From Bdellovibrionota bacterium (GTDB lineage Bacteria > Bdellovibrionota > UBA1018 > CAIPTA01 > JAALKR01), in NCBI GenBank assembly GCA_965207455.1, contig CBDBMJ010000001.1, forward strand, positions 672,001 to 736,000: DNA of 64,000 bases, written 5' to 3'. The translations under genes and the position numbers were made by a program. The notes under the pieces were generated by a model that had not been told where the DNA came from, ran no database searches, and saw only the letters and a program-made list of their open reading frames with translations. The first letter of the stretch is position 1; every line of letters begins with the position of its first letter. Shown here one piece after another: positions 56,812 through 64,000 of this stretch.

Positions 56812-59188
56812 CTCAATCATGAAAAATAATAGTATTAAAAATATAAGAAACATAATCTCCATCACCTTTATAGGGTTGTTTTTTTCTGGAGTAACGCCAT
56901 CCTTTGCTTTAGAGGGGCGAGAACAATATTCTTTTTTAACAGCAAATATTCTTTCTGGCATGGATAAAGATATAGTAAGTGCTTTTTTAGAAAAAATTGA
57001 AAAAACAGTTCCTGATAATTTAAAAGCTTACTTTAAAGCTAAAAATAAGAGTTTTGTTGTTGATTTCTCTAAAACTAAAGAAGTGAAAAGCTTCATTCGT
57101 AGTTTAAGCAACTGTAGCAAAACTGGTTCTTCCTCTGACAGTAGAAAGGAACCTGAAACTTTATTGAGCAAACAGACTGTTTATTCTCCATTTGATAATA
57201 AAAACAACAAAAATGTATCAATTTATTTAGATTATAATTTCTTTATTAATCACAATGATTTCGTTAGTAATACCTCAAAAGTTGGTTGTTCCGATTTTTC
57301 TCAGTATGTTTGGCGTGAAATTCTAGTCCTTCAGAGAATATTTCATGCTTATGATTATATGGAGTATGTTTCTTTACAATACCCATTAAGAGCGAACCTT
57401 GGTTGGGCTTATTTAAATAACTCTTATAAAGCAATCAAAAATGAGATAAGAAAAAGAAAAGGCTTGCCATCAAATCCAGACCCACTTTCCCAGGAAAAGG
57501 AAAACAAGTGGGAATTAGATCTTAGAGAAATATCTAGAGAGAGCTTAATTCATGGGGAGCAATATAGGGACTCTGGGAGAGCTTTTTTATTAAATATAAC
57601 TTATTTCTTCAAAGATCCTGAGTTTTTCTGTCGAAGACCCGCAGCCTATATGCAGTTATCTAAGGAATTTTCTGTTTCCCCTAACAAGGGTGCTTGTAAG
57701 CCCAAAAATTGGGTTTTTGTTGAAAAAGGCAGCCATGTGGGAGCTTCTTGGAGAGAACCAAGCAGATTCAGTCACTCGGTCAAAGAGATAGATCCCAATC
57801 GTATTTACGAGGTTCATTATCTTTTAGCAGATAAGGCTAGTGATAATTTTATTGGCTCATTCGGTCACTCCATGTTTCGTTTCATCGTTTGTGCTCCATC
57901 ACGAAAAGTAGTTGGTCCAGATTGTTTAAAAGATGAAACTCATCATGTAATTTTAAGTTTTCGAATGGACTTGGATTTGGAAGGCATGCATCTTTTGAAG
58001 GCTATGAATGGTAAGCACGTTGGAAGAGCTTTGACGTATTCTTTTGTAGACATAAAAAAAGAATACCTTATTGATGAAAATAGACATCTTTATAGTATAC
58101 CGTTTGACTTTGATGAGTTTCAAAAAAATCAATTTATTTATGCTGCCCTTGAAAGCTATTGGGTTTACTTTGGTGGATATAAATTTCTTAGCTTAAACTG
58201 TGCTACAGAGAGCCTATACTTACTTCGAGTTGTGGATGGATTGGACCCCAAATTTTATGCTCTAAATGATTCTGTTGTTACGCCATTTAATATGTTTGAG
58301 ACTTTAGAAAAATACAATTTTTTCGTTCCGGGTCCTCTTAATGAAGTGAAGAAACATATGGAACAAGTAAAGAAAGAGGGAAATCAAAACAATTCTATGA
58401 GTTTTGAAAGTAAAAAGAATATTGAAGTAAGAGGGATGATTATGTCGATCCCAAATAGTGAAAGTAATATAATGGAAAATCTAATGGAAGATCTTTTAAT
58501 TAATCCTTCTCCGGATATCGCAGATTCTTTCTACTTATTTCGTAGTAAAAACTTAAATTTTGATAGCTTAGTTTATAATAAAGAAGCACGATGGATGATA
58601 GCATGGATTCAGAACTCTGGTTATCCCTTGAACCTAGATGAGAAAAAAGAATTTTTCTCTGAACTCAAAACAAGCGCAGAGGCTCGAAAGGATTTATTCC
58701 AATGGGTTCTCAATAGTAAACTGAACGAAAAAGAAAGAGCACTAACATTTTTAGCAGTAACAGAAAGAACTTATTTAAATAATCTGAAAAAAGGTATCGC
58801 TGAATATTTTGAAATGTTTGTTTCTGCTAGCTATAAAAATATCAAAGAAAATAATGAAATGACAAGTCTTTCCAACTGTCTGGCTCCTTTTGGAAAAGAT
58901 CTAAATAATATTGTCAATTTAAAAAGGCCGTGGAATAATATTTATCCCTTTGCAAGATATGGAACGCCTATGTTTGTTTCACCTAAGAATCTTGAGTTTA
59001 ATGGAAAGAAGATGATTAAATATTATAATGATATGCATTCCTTAGTGAAAAAAATGAAAAAATGTTTTGCAGATTCAGATGAACACGCTGGACGAGTGAT
59101 TAAAAACTCAAGAGTGAAAATGAAAATGTCTAAACGAAACTTAAAGTTTTTCTACAATACTTTAGGTTGGACTTATTTAAATATTTAG
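56804..59188 (+). CDS. secreted DUF4105-domain protein
   Basis: Signal peptide; FGHSMFR and YKFLSLNCATE motifs (His/Cys pattern of DUF4105). Confidence 0.7.
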   Translation: MSDSIMKNNSIKNIRNIISITFIGLFFSGVTPSFALEGREQYSFLTANILSGMDKDIVSAFLEKIEKTVPDNLKAYFKAKNKSFVVDFSKTKEVKSFIRSLSNCSKTGSSSDSRKEPETLLSKQTVYSPFDNKNNKNVSIYLDYNFFINHNDFVSNTSKVGCSDFSQYVWREILVLQRIFHAYDYMEYVSLQYPLRANLGWAYLNNSYKAIKNEIRKRKGLPSNPDPLSQEKENKWELDLREISRESLIHGEQYRDSGRAFLLNITYFFKDPEFFCRRPAAYMQLSKEFSVSPNKGACKPKNWVFVEKGSHVGASWREPSRFSHSVKEIDPNRIYEVHYLLADKASDNFIGSFGHSMFRFIVCAPSRKVVGPDCLKDETHHVILSFRMDLDLEGMHLLKAMNGKHVGRALTYSFVDIKKEYLIDENRHLYSIPFDFDEFQKNQFIYAALESYWVYFGGYKFLSLNCATESLYLLRVVDGLDPKFYALNDSVVTPFNMFETLEKYNFFVPGPLNEVKKHMEQVKKEGNQNNSMSFESKKNIEVRGMIMSIPNSESNIMENLMEDLLINPSPDIADSFYLFRSKNLNFDSLVYNKEARWMIAWIQNSGYPLNLDEKKEFFSELKTSAEARKDLFQWVLNSKLNEKERALTFLAVTERTYLNNLKKGIAEYFEMFVSASYKNIKENNEMTSLSNCLAPFGKDLNNIVNLKRPWNNIYPFARYGTPMFVSPKNLEFNGKKMIKYYNDMHSLVKKMKKCFADSDEHAGRVIKNSRVKMKMSKRNLKFFYNTLGWTYLNI

Positions 59189-59219
59189 TGCCTTTTATTA
59201 TGCCCTTTATGATAGCATT

Positions 59220-59750
59220 ATGGGTATGATTGATGGAAAAATCCATATTCTATTTGTTTGCTTGGGAAATATCTGTCGTTCTCCTATGGCAGAGGCTTTG
59301 TTTAAGCACCATATAAAAGAACAAAGTCTTGTTCAATTCTTCTCCATTGATTCTGCTGGTACAGGATCCTACCATGAGGGAAAGAATTACCATAGCAGCA
59401 CAATTCGTGTGGTTCAAGAAAATGGAATAGAAATTGATGGTCATAGTCGCCCTGTGCAGGCAAAAGATTTTACAAATTTTGATTATATTTTAGCTATGGA
59501 TGAATCGAACTACGATAATCTAGAAACTATGGCAGCAGAAAATCCACAGGTTAAGGCAAAGATAAATCATATCCTAGCCTACTCTACGGAAAGCCATCGT
59601 CATGGGCTTAGTGTTCCCGATCCTTATTTTAGTGGCTATAACGGTTTTCAATCCGTATTTGATTTACTCAACGATGCTTGTCTGGGGTTTCTCCAAGCAC
59701 TGATACAGGAGCATAAATTACTTGATGGATTGGACAGACCTTCAAAATAA
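59220..59750 (+). CDS. low-molecular-weight protein-tyrosine phosphatase
   Basis: VCLGNICRSP, DSAGT, AMD, VPDPY. Confidence 0.93.
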   Translation: MGMIDGKIHILFVCLGNICRSPMAEALFKHHIKEQSLVQFFSIDSAGTGSYHEGKNYHSSTIRVVQENGIEIDGHSRPVQAKDFTNFDYILAMDESNYDNLETMAAENPQVKAKINHILAYSTESHRHGLSVPDPYFSGYNGFQSVFDLLNDACLGFLQALIQEHKLLDGLDRPSK

Positions 59751-60618
59751 GCTTCAAGAGACAATAGTAAAGAATGAGCCCATTACTAGTGAAGGGATAC
59801 ATAGGGCCTGGAAGGTAGTATTGGATTCAGGTAGAAGTATTTTTGTCAAAGGGGGCAAGGGTATGCCTTCTACCATGTTTTCATCTGAGAGTTTGGGTTT
59901 AGAGGAATTACGAAATATTGGTGTTTTCCGAATTCCAGTTGTATATGCTCACTCCAGATCTTACCTTGCTTTAGAATGGATTGAGGATCAAGTGGAGAAA
60001 AAAAAAGATAATTTGTATGCAAAGATGGGTATGTTGTTGGCAAAACAGCACAAGCACCACACAGAAAATTCATACGGTTGGAGAGAGGATAATTTTATTG
60101 GTAAAATTCCTCAACAAAATACATGGAATAGTTCTTGGTCCGTATTTTGGAAAACTATGCGTATAGAGCCTTTGGTTCAGCGAGCAAAAAAAAGTCTGTC
60201 GTCTCGTGATATGGATTCTTTGGAAAAGCTCTATGGGTGCATGGAAGAAATTCTTAGTGTTAGTGAAGAAAAGCCAGCTCCTTTGCATGGCGATCTTTGG
60301 GGTGGTAACCATTTAGTAGATCAAGATGGTGAAATTGTACTCATTGATCCTGCCTTTTACTATGGCCATCGAGAGGCTGACATAGCTATGACAAAAATGT
60401 TCTCTGCTTATCCACAAGCATTCTATGATGCCTATGAATATCACTTTCCTTTTGTTGCTGGTTTTTGGGAACAACGATTTTATTTATATTTGCTCTATCA
60501 CCAACTTTCCCATTTAAACCACTTTGGTACGGCCTACCTTGTTGGAGTTCGAGACTGTATACAAAAAGCTATACAGGGTAGGAAACCACATGAACCGCTG
60601 AGTTCTTTAAATCGGTAG
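59722..60618 (+). CDS. fructosamine kinase family protein
   Basis: FVK, DNFIG..PQ.N, LHGDLWGGN, IDPA.YYGHREAD. Confidence 0.9.
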   Translation: MMDWTDLQNKLQETIVKNEPITSEGIHRAWKVVLDSGRSIFVKGGKGMPSTMFSSESLGLEELRNIGVFRIPVVYAHSRSYLALEWIEDQVEKKKDNLYAKMGMLLAKQHKHHTENSYGWREDNFIGKIPQQNTWNSSWSVFWKTMRIEPLVQRAKKSLSSRDMDSLEKLYGCMEEILSVSEEKPAPLHGDLWGGNHLVDQDGEIVLIDPAFYYGHREADIAMTKMFSAYPQAFYDAYEYHFPFVAGFWEQRFYLYLLYHQLSHLNHFGTAYLVGVRDCIQKAIQGRKPHEPLSSLNR

Positions 60619-61666
60619 TGCGCTTGTCGTATCGTTCAATCATTAAGGGAGAACTCCAGCCGGCCATTTGCTGTACTGATCGATGGGAAGCTCCCTGATC
60701 TAGGGCATTGGAAATACAGGTGCTTCTACAGGAATGGGGGCTTATTTTAGCTTTCACGCCAGCTTTCTTAGTATATTTTTTTACAATGTAGGCGATGGTA
60801 TTGGTATTCAAAGGACGATCTTTTTTTAAGGCACGGTTATTTTTTACAGCAGAAAATAGAAATCGGTCCATTCCAGGGGCAAGATTGAAGCGTTCTAAAT
60901 AGATAGTTAAGATTTGGAGTACGGGCTTGGGAATGGGCAAAATTCTTTCCTTATCTCCTTTGCCAGGAACTCTTAGGCTGGTAATAATACTATCCCCTAC
61001 CCTTGTTTGTCCTATGTGAGAGCATTTCAATGCCACCACTTCACCACGACGAAGGCCCATATAAAAAAGTATACGGAGGATGAGTGCGTGCATGAGTCCG
61101 CTTTTTGTGTGCTGGCTTGCCATATCTAGAGTTCTTGCCACTTGAGCATCTGAGAGCCCTTCAGTGGGTGATTCTACTTTTGCGCGAAAATTACGTACCC
61201 AAATAGCGGGGTTTTCTTTTAAATAGCCCCGGCCCATAAGCCAGCCCAGAAATGATCGTACGGTAGCAAATTTTCGATTGGCCGAGCTCCGGCTAAGGCC
61301 TGCTCCATTCCTCTCCTTTGGCCGTACAAGCCAGTCACGGTACTCAAGGAGTGCATCTAGGGATGGCGAGTAGGACTCCATACGTAACCAGCCTAAGAAT
61401 TGTTTTAGATCGTTGCCATAAGCCCTTTGTGTGTGAATAGATCGTTGGGTTTGGGTAAAACGCTGTATTTCTTGGATGATCTCACCACGCATCCAGTCCT
61501 TTCTGGGTTCTGTCGGGTGTATTGTGATGGGTATTTTTGGGGTTAGGGAGAGCGTTTTTTCTGGGTTTATATCAGGTGTTTTTTGAGATTTTTGAAAAAA
61601 GCGATTTTTTATCCAATTTTGAATTTTGTGGAAAAAGTGGTTCAAAAGAGAAAAAATCTGGAACAT
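60569..61666 (-). CDS. tyrosine recombinase (Xer/integrase-like)
   Basis: SAM-like core-binding domain (TQRAYGNDL); catalytic R (GLRRGE), K (GKGDKER), HxxR (HSCR), W (AGW), Y (RYD). ATG 61666 preferred (AGGGG RBS). Confidence 0.92.
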   Translation of the reverse strand: MFQIFSLLNHFFHKIQNWIKNRFFQKSQKTPDINPEKTLSLTPKIPITIHPTEPRKDWMRGEIIQEIQRFTQTQRSIHTQRAYGNDLKQFLGWLRMESYSPSLDALLEYRDWLVRPKERNGAGLSRSSANRKFATVRSFLGWLMGRGYLKENPAIWVRNFRAKVESPTEGLSDAQVARTLDMASQHTKSGLMHALILRILFYMGLRRGEVVALKCSHIGQTRVGDSIITSLRVPGKGDKERILPIPKPVLQILTIYLERFNLAPGMDRFLFSAVKNNRALKKDRPLNTNTIAYIVKKYTKKAGVKAKISPHSCRSTCISNALDQGASHRSVQQMAGWSSPLMIERYDKRTTDLKNSAVHVVSYPV

Positions 61667-61678
61667 GCATACCCCTAT

Positions 61679-61706
61679 ATTAGTGATAATTAAACTTATC
61701 ACCAAT
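61679..61706. other. near-palindromic 11-6-11 tyrosine-recombinase-type site
   Basis: ATTAGTGATAA-TTAAAC-TTATCACCAAT; arms 10/11 complementary; 12 bp upstream of the recombinase ATG. Confidence 0.7.
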
Positions 61707-61806
61707 AAAAGCAAGCTTTTTTCTATTTATTTCGACCCTTTTCCCTACTTTGCCTTACCTTGGCCTATCCAAACCTAGAAATTAAGAAAACTTCGACGCG
61801 TCGCAT

Positions 61807-62283
61807 TTATTTCTTCTTCTTCTTTCTCTTCCCTTTTTCTACAATCGTAAAGCGAGTACCTAGAGCTATCTTCTTCCGTTTAAACCAACCCAGGGGAACC
61901 TCCAAGGCGTATAGGCACAGACCCCTGCTTTTATATACCTTTAGCTCGGAATCCTTTTTAGAGCTTCGATCCACCTGCATTTTCTCTATATTCACTAGCT
62001 TCTTTTCCTGGTTAAAAAAACCAATACTTAGGGGTATTTTTGTTTTTTTCATCCAAAAGTAGAGCACCTGGGGACTTGGATACTGGAAAAGCATGCCATG
62101 GCCATCTTTTAAGGTAAGGCGACCCTGTAAGCCCCTAGCTAATTGTTTTTCTCCAATAGCGAACTCCACCATTAACTTTTCTTTCCCCAAAAGGAGAACC
62201 TTTTTTTTAAAAGAATATCCCCCCTGTGCCGTGTGGGAAGCAAACAGTAGAGCTATAGTCCATAGGTAGAGGAAAGTCCTCAT
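61807..62283 (-). CDS. DUF192 domain protein
   Basis: RGL, GMLF, FWMKKTKIPLSIGF, YALEVPLG. Confidence 0.88.
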   Translation of the reverse strand: MRTFLYLWTIALLFASHTAQGGYSFKKKVLLLGKEKLMVEFAIGEKQLARGLQGRLTLKDGHGMLFQYPSPQVLYFWMKKTKIPLSIGFFNQEKKLVNIEKMQVDRSSKKDSELKVYKSRGLCLYALEVPLGWFKRKKIALGTRFTIVEKGKRKKKKK

Positions 62284-63200
62284 ATACAATGCTTCCTTTG
62301 GTATTGAATAAGATCGCTATACTCTTCCTTCTTTTTCGTGGAAATGGATCTTTTCGTTTTTGAAGCTTGCTCCTTAAAAAACAGAACCTTCAGTTCATTA
62401 TTTGCACAAGCAGTTCTACGAATAGTGTTGAATTCTTTAATTAAAGCTAGGGGGTAAGGCATTCCCTCCAAAGAGGACTGGAAGAAAGGAGCTTCTTTGG
62501 ACAGGTTATGAAGATGCTCTTTTAAGAAATCTATTGTGTTGTAGTGTTTTCCTACGGAGTAGAATTTCTTTTGCGCTAATCTCTTGTGAAAACGAGCCTT
62601 ACCGTAGGTATCCTTAAACCTAAACTGACCACAAAGGGGATGATCTGGAATGGGCATTACACGTTTTATTTCCCAGCCTACAGTGCATTCCATTTCAAAT
62701 GCATCCAACTCTCCCCCTACTCCCTCAATTCCATGTTGAATAAACTTTTCTATGGAGAAATTGATCTTATAAGGGTTTAAAGGCTTTCTTAAAGTATAGT
62801 GAGTAAGTTCATGGACAAGGTCGTAAAATAAATCAATACGCTTTAAATTACGCTTCACCTGTATAGAGTTTTTCACAATAAACTCTTCTTCTGTACTGTG
62901 AAAAGCATAGATCCTAAAAAAAGTGGTCTCTGTTAAGGAATGATCTCCTAAATGAATGTCTTTTAGCACCTTAGAAGCAGGCTGAGGGAGTTGTTTCAAT
63001 AGAATAGAGCCTTGTTTGCTTTGTTCAATAATATCCAACATTTCCTTGAGTGCTTTGGATACTTGCCTTTCAGAAGTAGAGGCTGGCAACCATGGCTCCT
63101 GCCACCATTTTAGGCTCCGTTGCCGATTCTCTGCCCCTAGTAAGGGACTAGAGGAGAGCAGCAGGAGGGCCAATAACAAAAAACTTTGATTTTTTCTCAC
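62280..63200 (-). CDS. exported hypothetical protein with HExxH (putative zinc metallopeptidase) motif
   Basis: Signal peptide; VHELTH followed by GGELDAFEME. Confidence 0.65.
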   Translation of the reverse strand: MRKNQSFLLLALLLLSSSPLLGAENRQRSLKWWQEPWLPASTSERQVSKALKEMLDIIEQSKQGSILLKQLPQPASKVLKDIHLGDHSLTETTFFRIYAFHSTEEEFIVKNSIQVKRNLKRIDLFYDLVHELTHYTLRKPLNPYKINFSIEKFIQHGIEGVGGELDAFEMECTVGWEIKRVMPIPDHPLCGQFRFKDTYGKARFHKRLAQKKFYSVGKHYNTIDFLKEHLHNLSKEAPFFQSSLEGMPYPLALIKEFNTIRRTACANNELKVLFFKEQASKTKRSISTKKKEEYSDLIQYQRKHCI

Positions 63201-63355
63201 CCATCTCTATCGGCAATAAATTATACAATTGTTAAAACTTTTTACATTAATTTCCCCATAAAAACCCTGAAAAAAGAGAGGGCAGATAGGAGGAATATAA
63301 ATAAATCCCTTTAAAATCAGTTGTTTATGAGTATATTTCTCATTTCCGACCGTAT

Positions 63356-63371
63356 TGGTATGGAACTTGCA
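63356..63371 (+). promoter_or_regulatory. putative sigma54 promoter
   Basis: TGGTATGGAACTTGCA with GG-N10-GC spacing, ~80 bp upstream of ATG 63451. Confidence 0.65.
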
Positions 63372-63450
63372 TTAGTAAGGGACATAGACAATGGAGCCAT
63401 AAAAGCCCTGTTGAAGTTGATGTTGATGTTGAAGAAGTTGGAGTTGAGTT

Positions 63451-64000
63451 ATGAAGAAGATAAAGTGGAATATAATAGTTATTGCTTGTTTGAGCTTGGT
63501 TTTTGCCCATGCTGAAACCGTTACGGCAAAGCCAAAGCCAAAGATTGCTGTGGCAAAAAAGAAGAAAACGCCTGATCCCTCATCGTTTTTTTACCGAAGG
63601 GATATTTTTCTAGATCAAATCTCTGTTAAAAAAGCGTTGAAAAAGTTTAAGCCAAAAAAGGATATTGTCATTGCATTCATTGATACAGGAATTGATCCTA
63701 AACATTCGGAATTAAAAAGAAATAAATGGATTCGTCCTGGAACTGTAGATGAATACGGTTGGGATTTTGTACGCAATTCAAAAAATCCTTTAGATACTAA
63801 TGGACACGGTAGCCATGTGGCAGGAATTGCCATTAGTGTGGCTCCTAAAGTAAAGATAATGGCCATCCGCTATTTTTCTAATAAGTCCGATGGAAATGCC
63901 CACTTAAGCAACACTATAAAGGCAATCAATTATGCTATTAAAAATAAAGCAGATATTATAAATTATAGTGGTGGTGGTGCTGAGCCTAGCTCTCAAGAAC
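63451..64000 (+). CDS. secreted S8 serine peptidase, N-terminal part (runs off window; absent from the ORF track)
   Basis: MKKIKWNIIVIACLSLVFAHA signal peptide; IAFIDTGID, GWDF, DTNGHGSHVAG, IINYSGGG. Confidence 0.88.
   Translation, partial: MKKIKWNIIVIACLSLVFAHAETVTAKPKPKIAVAKKKKTPDPSSFFYRRDIFLDQISVKKALKKFKPKKDIVIAFIDTGIDPKHSELKRNKWIRPGTVDEYGWDFVRNSKNPLDTNGHGSHVAGIAISVAPKVKIMAIRYFSNKSDGNAHLSNTIKAINYAIKNKADIINYSGGGAEPSSQE

Noticed and set aside
55545..61714. Prophage or integrative element bounded by the recombinase
   Set aside because: No phage, conjugation or replication genes, no tRNA target and no flanking direct repeats seen; neighbours are ordinary enzymes.
63321..63866. ORF-track entries 63321..63515 and 63615..63866, and similar short antisense ORFs across the window
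   Set aside because: They are shadows of better-supported genes, here the S8 peptidase starting at 63451.

Overview
AT-rich bacterial chromosomal window. Gene content and order (infC-rpmI-rplT-pheS-pheT-ihfA-MerR, a gspC-N type II secretion operon with a PilM-like GspL, an Flp pilin, sigma54-type promoters, many secreted orphans) suggest a Bdellovibrionota/deltaproteobacteria-like organism; this is inference only. From left to right: (1) an IS3-family element (~101-2191) with a nonsense-interrupted transposase and a structured 3' tail; (2) secreted orphans sharing a duplicated leader, and a 1099-aa protein with a recent ~260-aa tandem duplication; (3) a complete 2-aminoethylphosphonate (AEP) pathway coupled to cytidylyltransferases, a CDP-alcohol phosphotransferase, a LysE translocator and an outer-membrane barrel, i.e. 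a predicted phosphonolipid locus (8588-16065); (4) NamZ, DedA, tilS; (5) an orphan Flp/pseudopilin mini-operon that includes a 56-aa gene missing from the ORF track; (6) SPOR protein, GDP-mannose genes and an S8 protease; (7) the translation gene cluster, with a non-AUG infC start; (8) the T2SS; (9) envelope and housekeeping genes with a XerCD-type dif-like site at 49619; (10) secreted orphans behind a duplicated promoter; (11) a solitary tyrosine recombinase with a near-palindromic 11-6-11 site directly upstream of its start (a XerS/difSL-like layout); (12) a truncated S8 protease at the right edge. No rRNA, tRNA or CRISPR array was recognised. All product calls come from motif recognition by eye; no database search was run.
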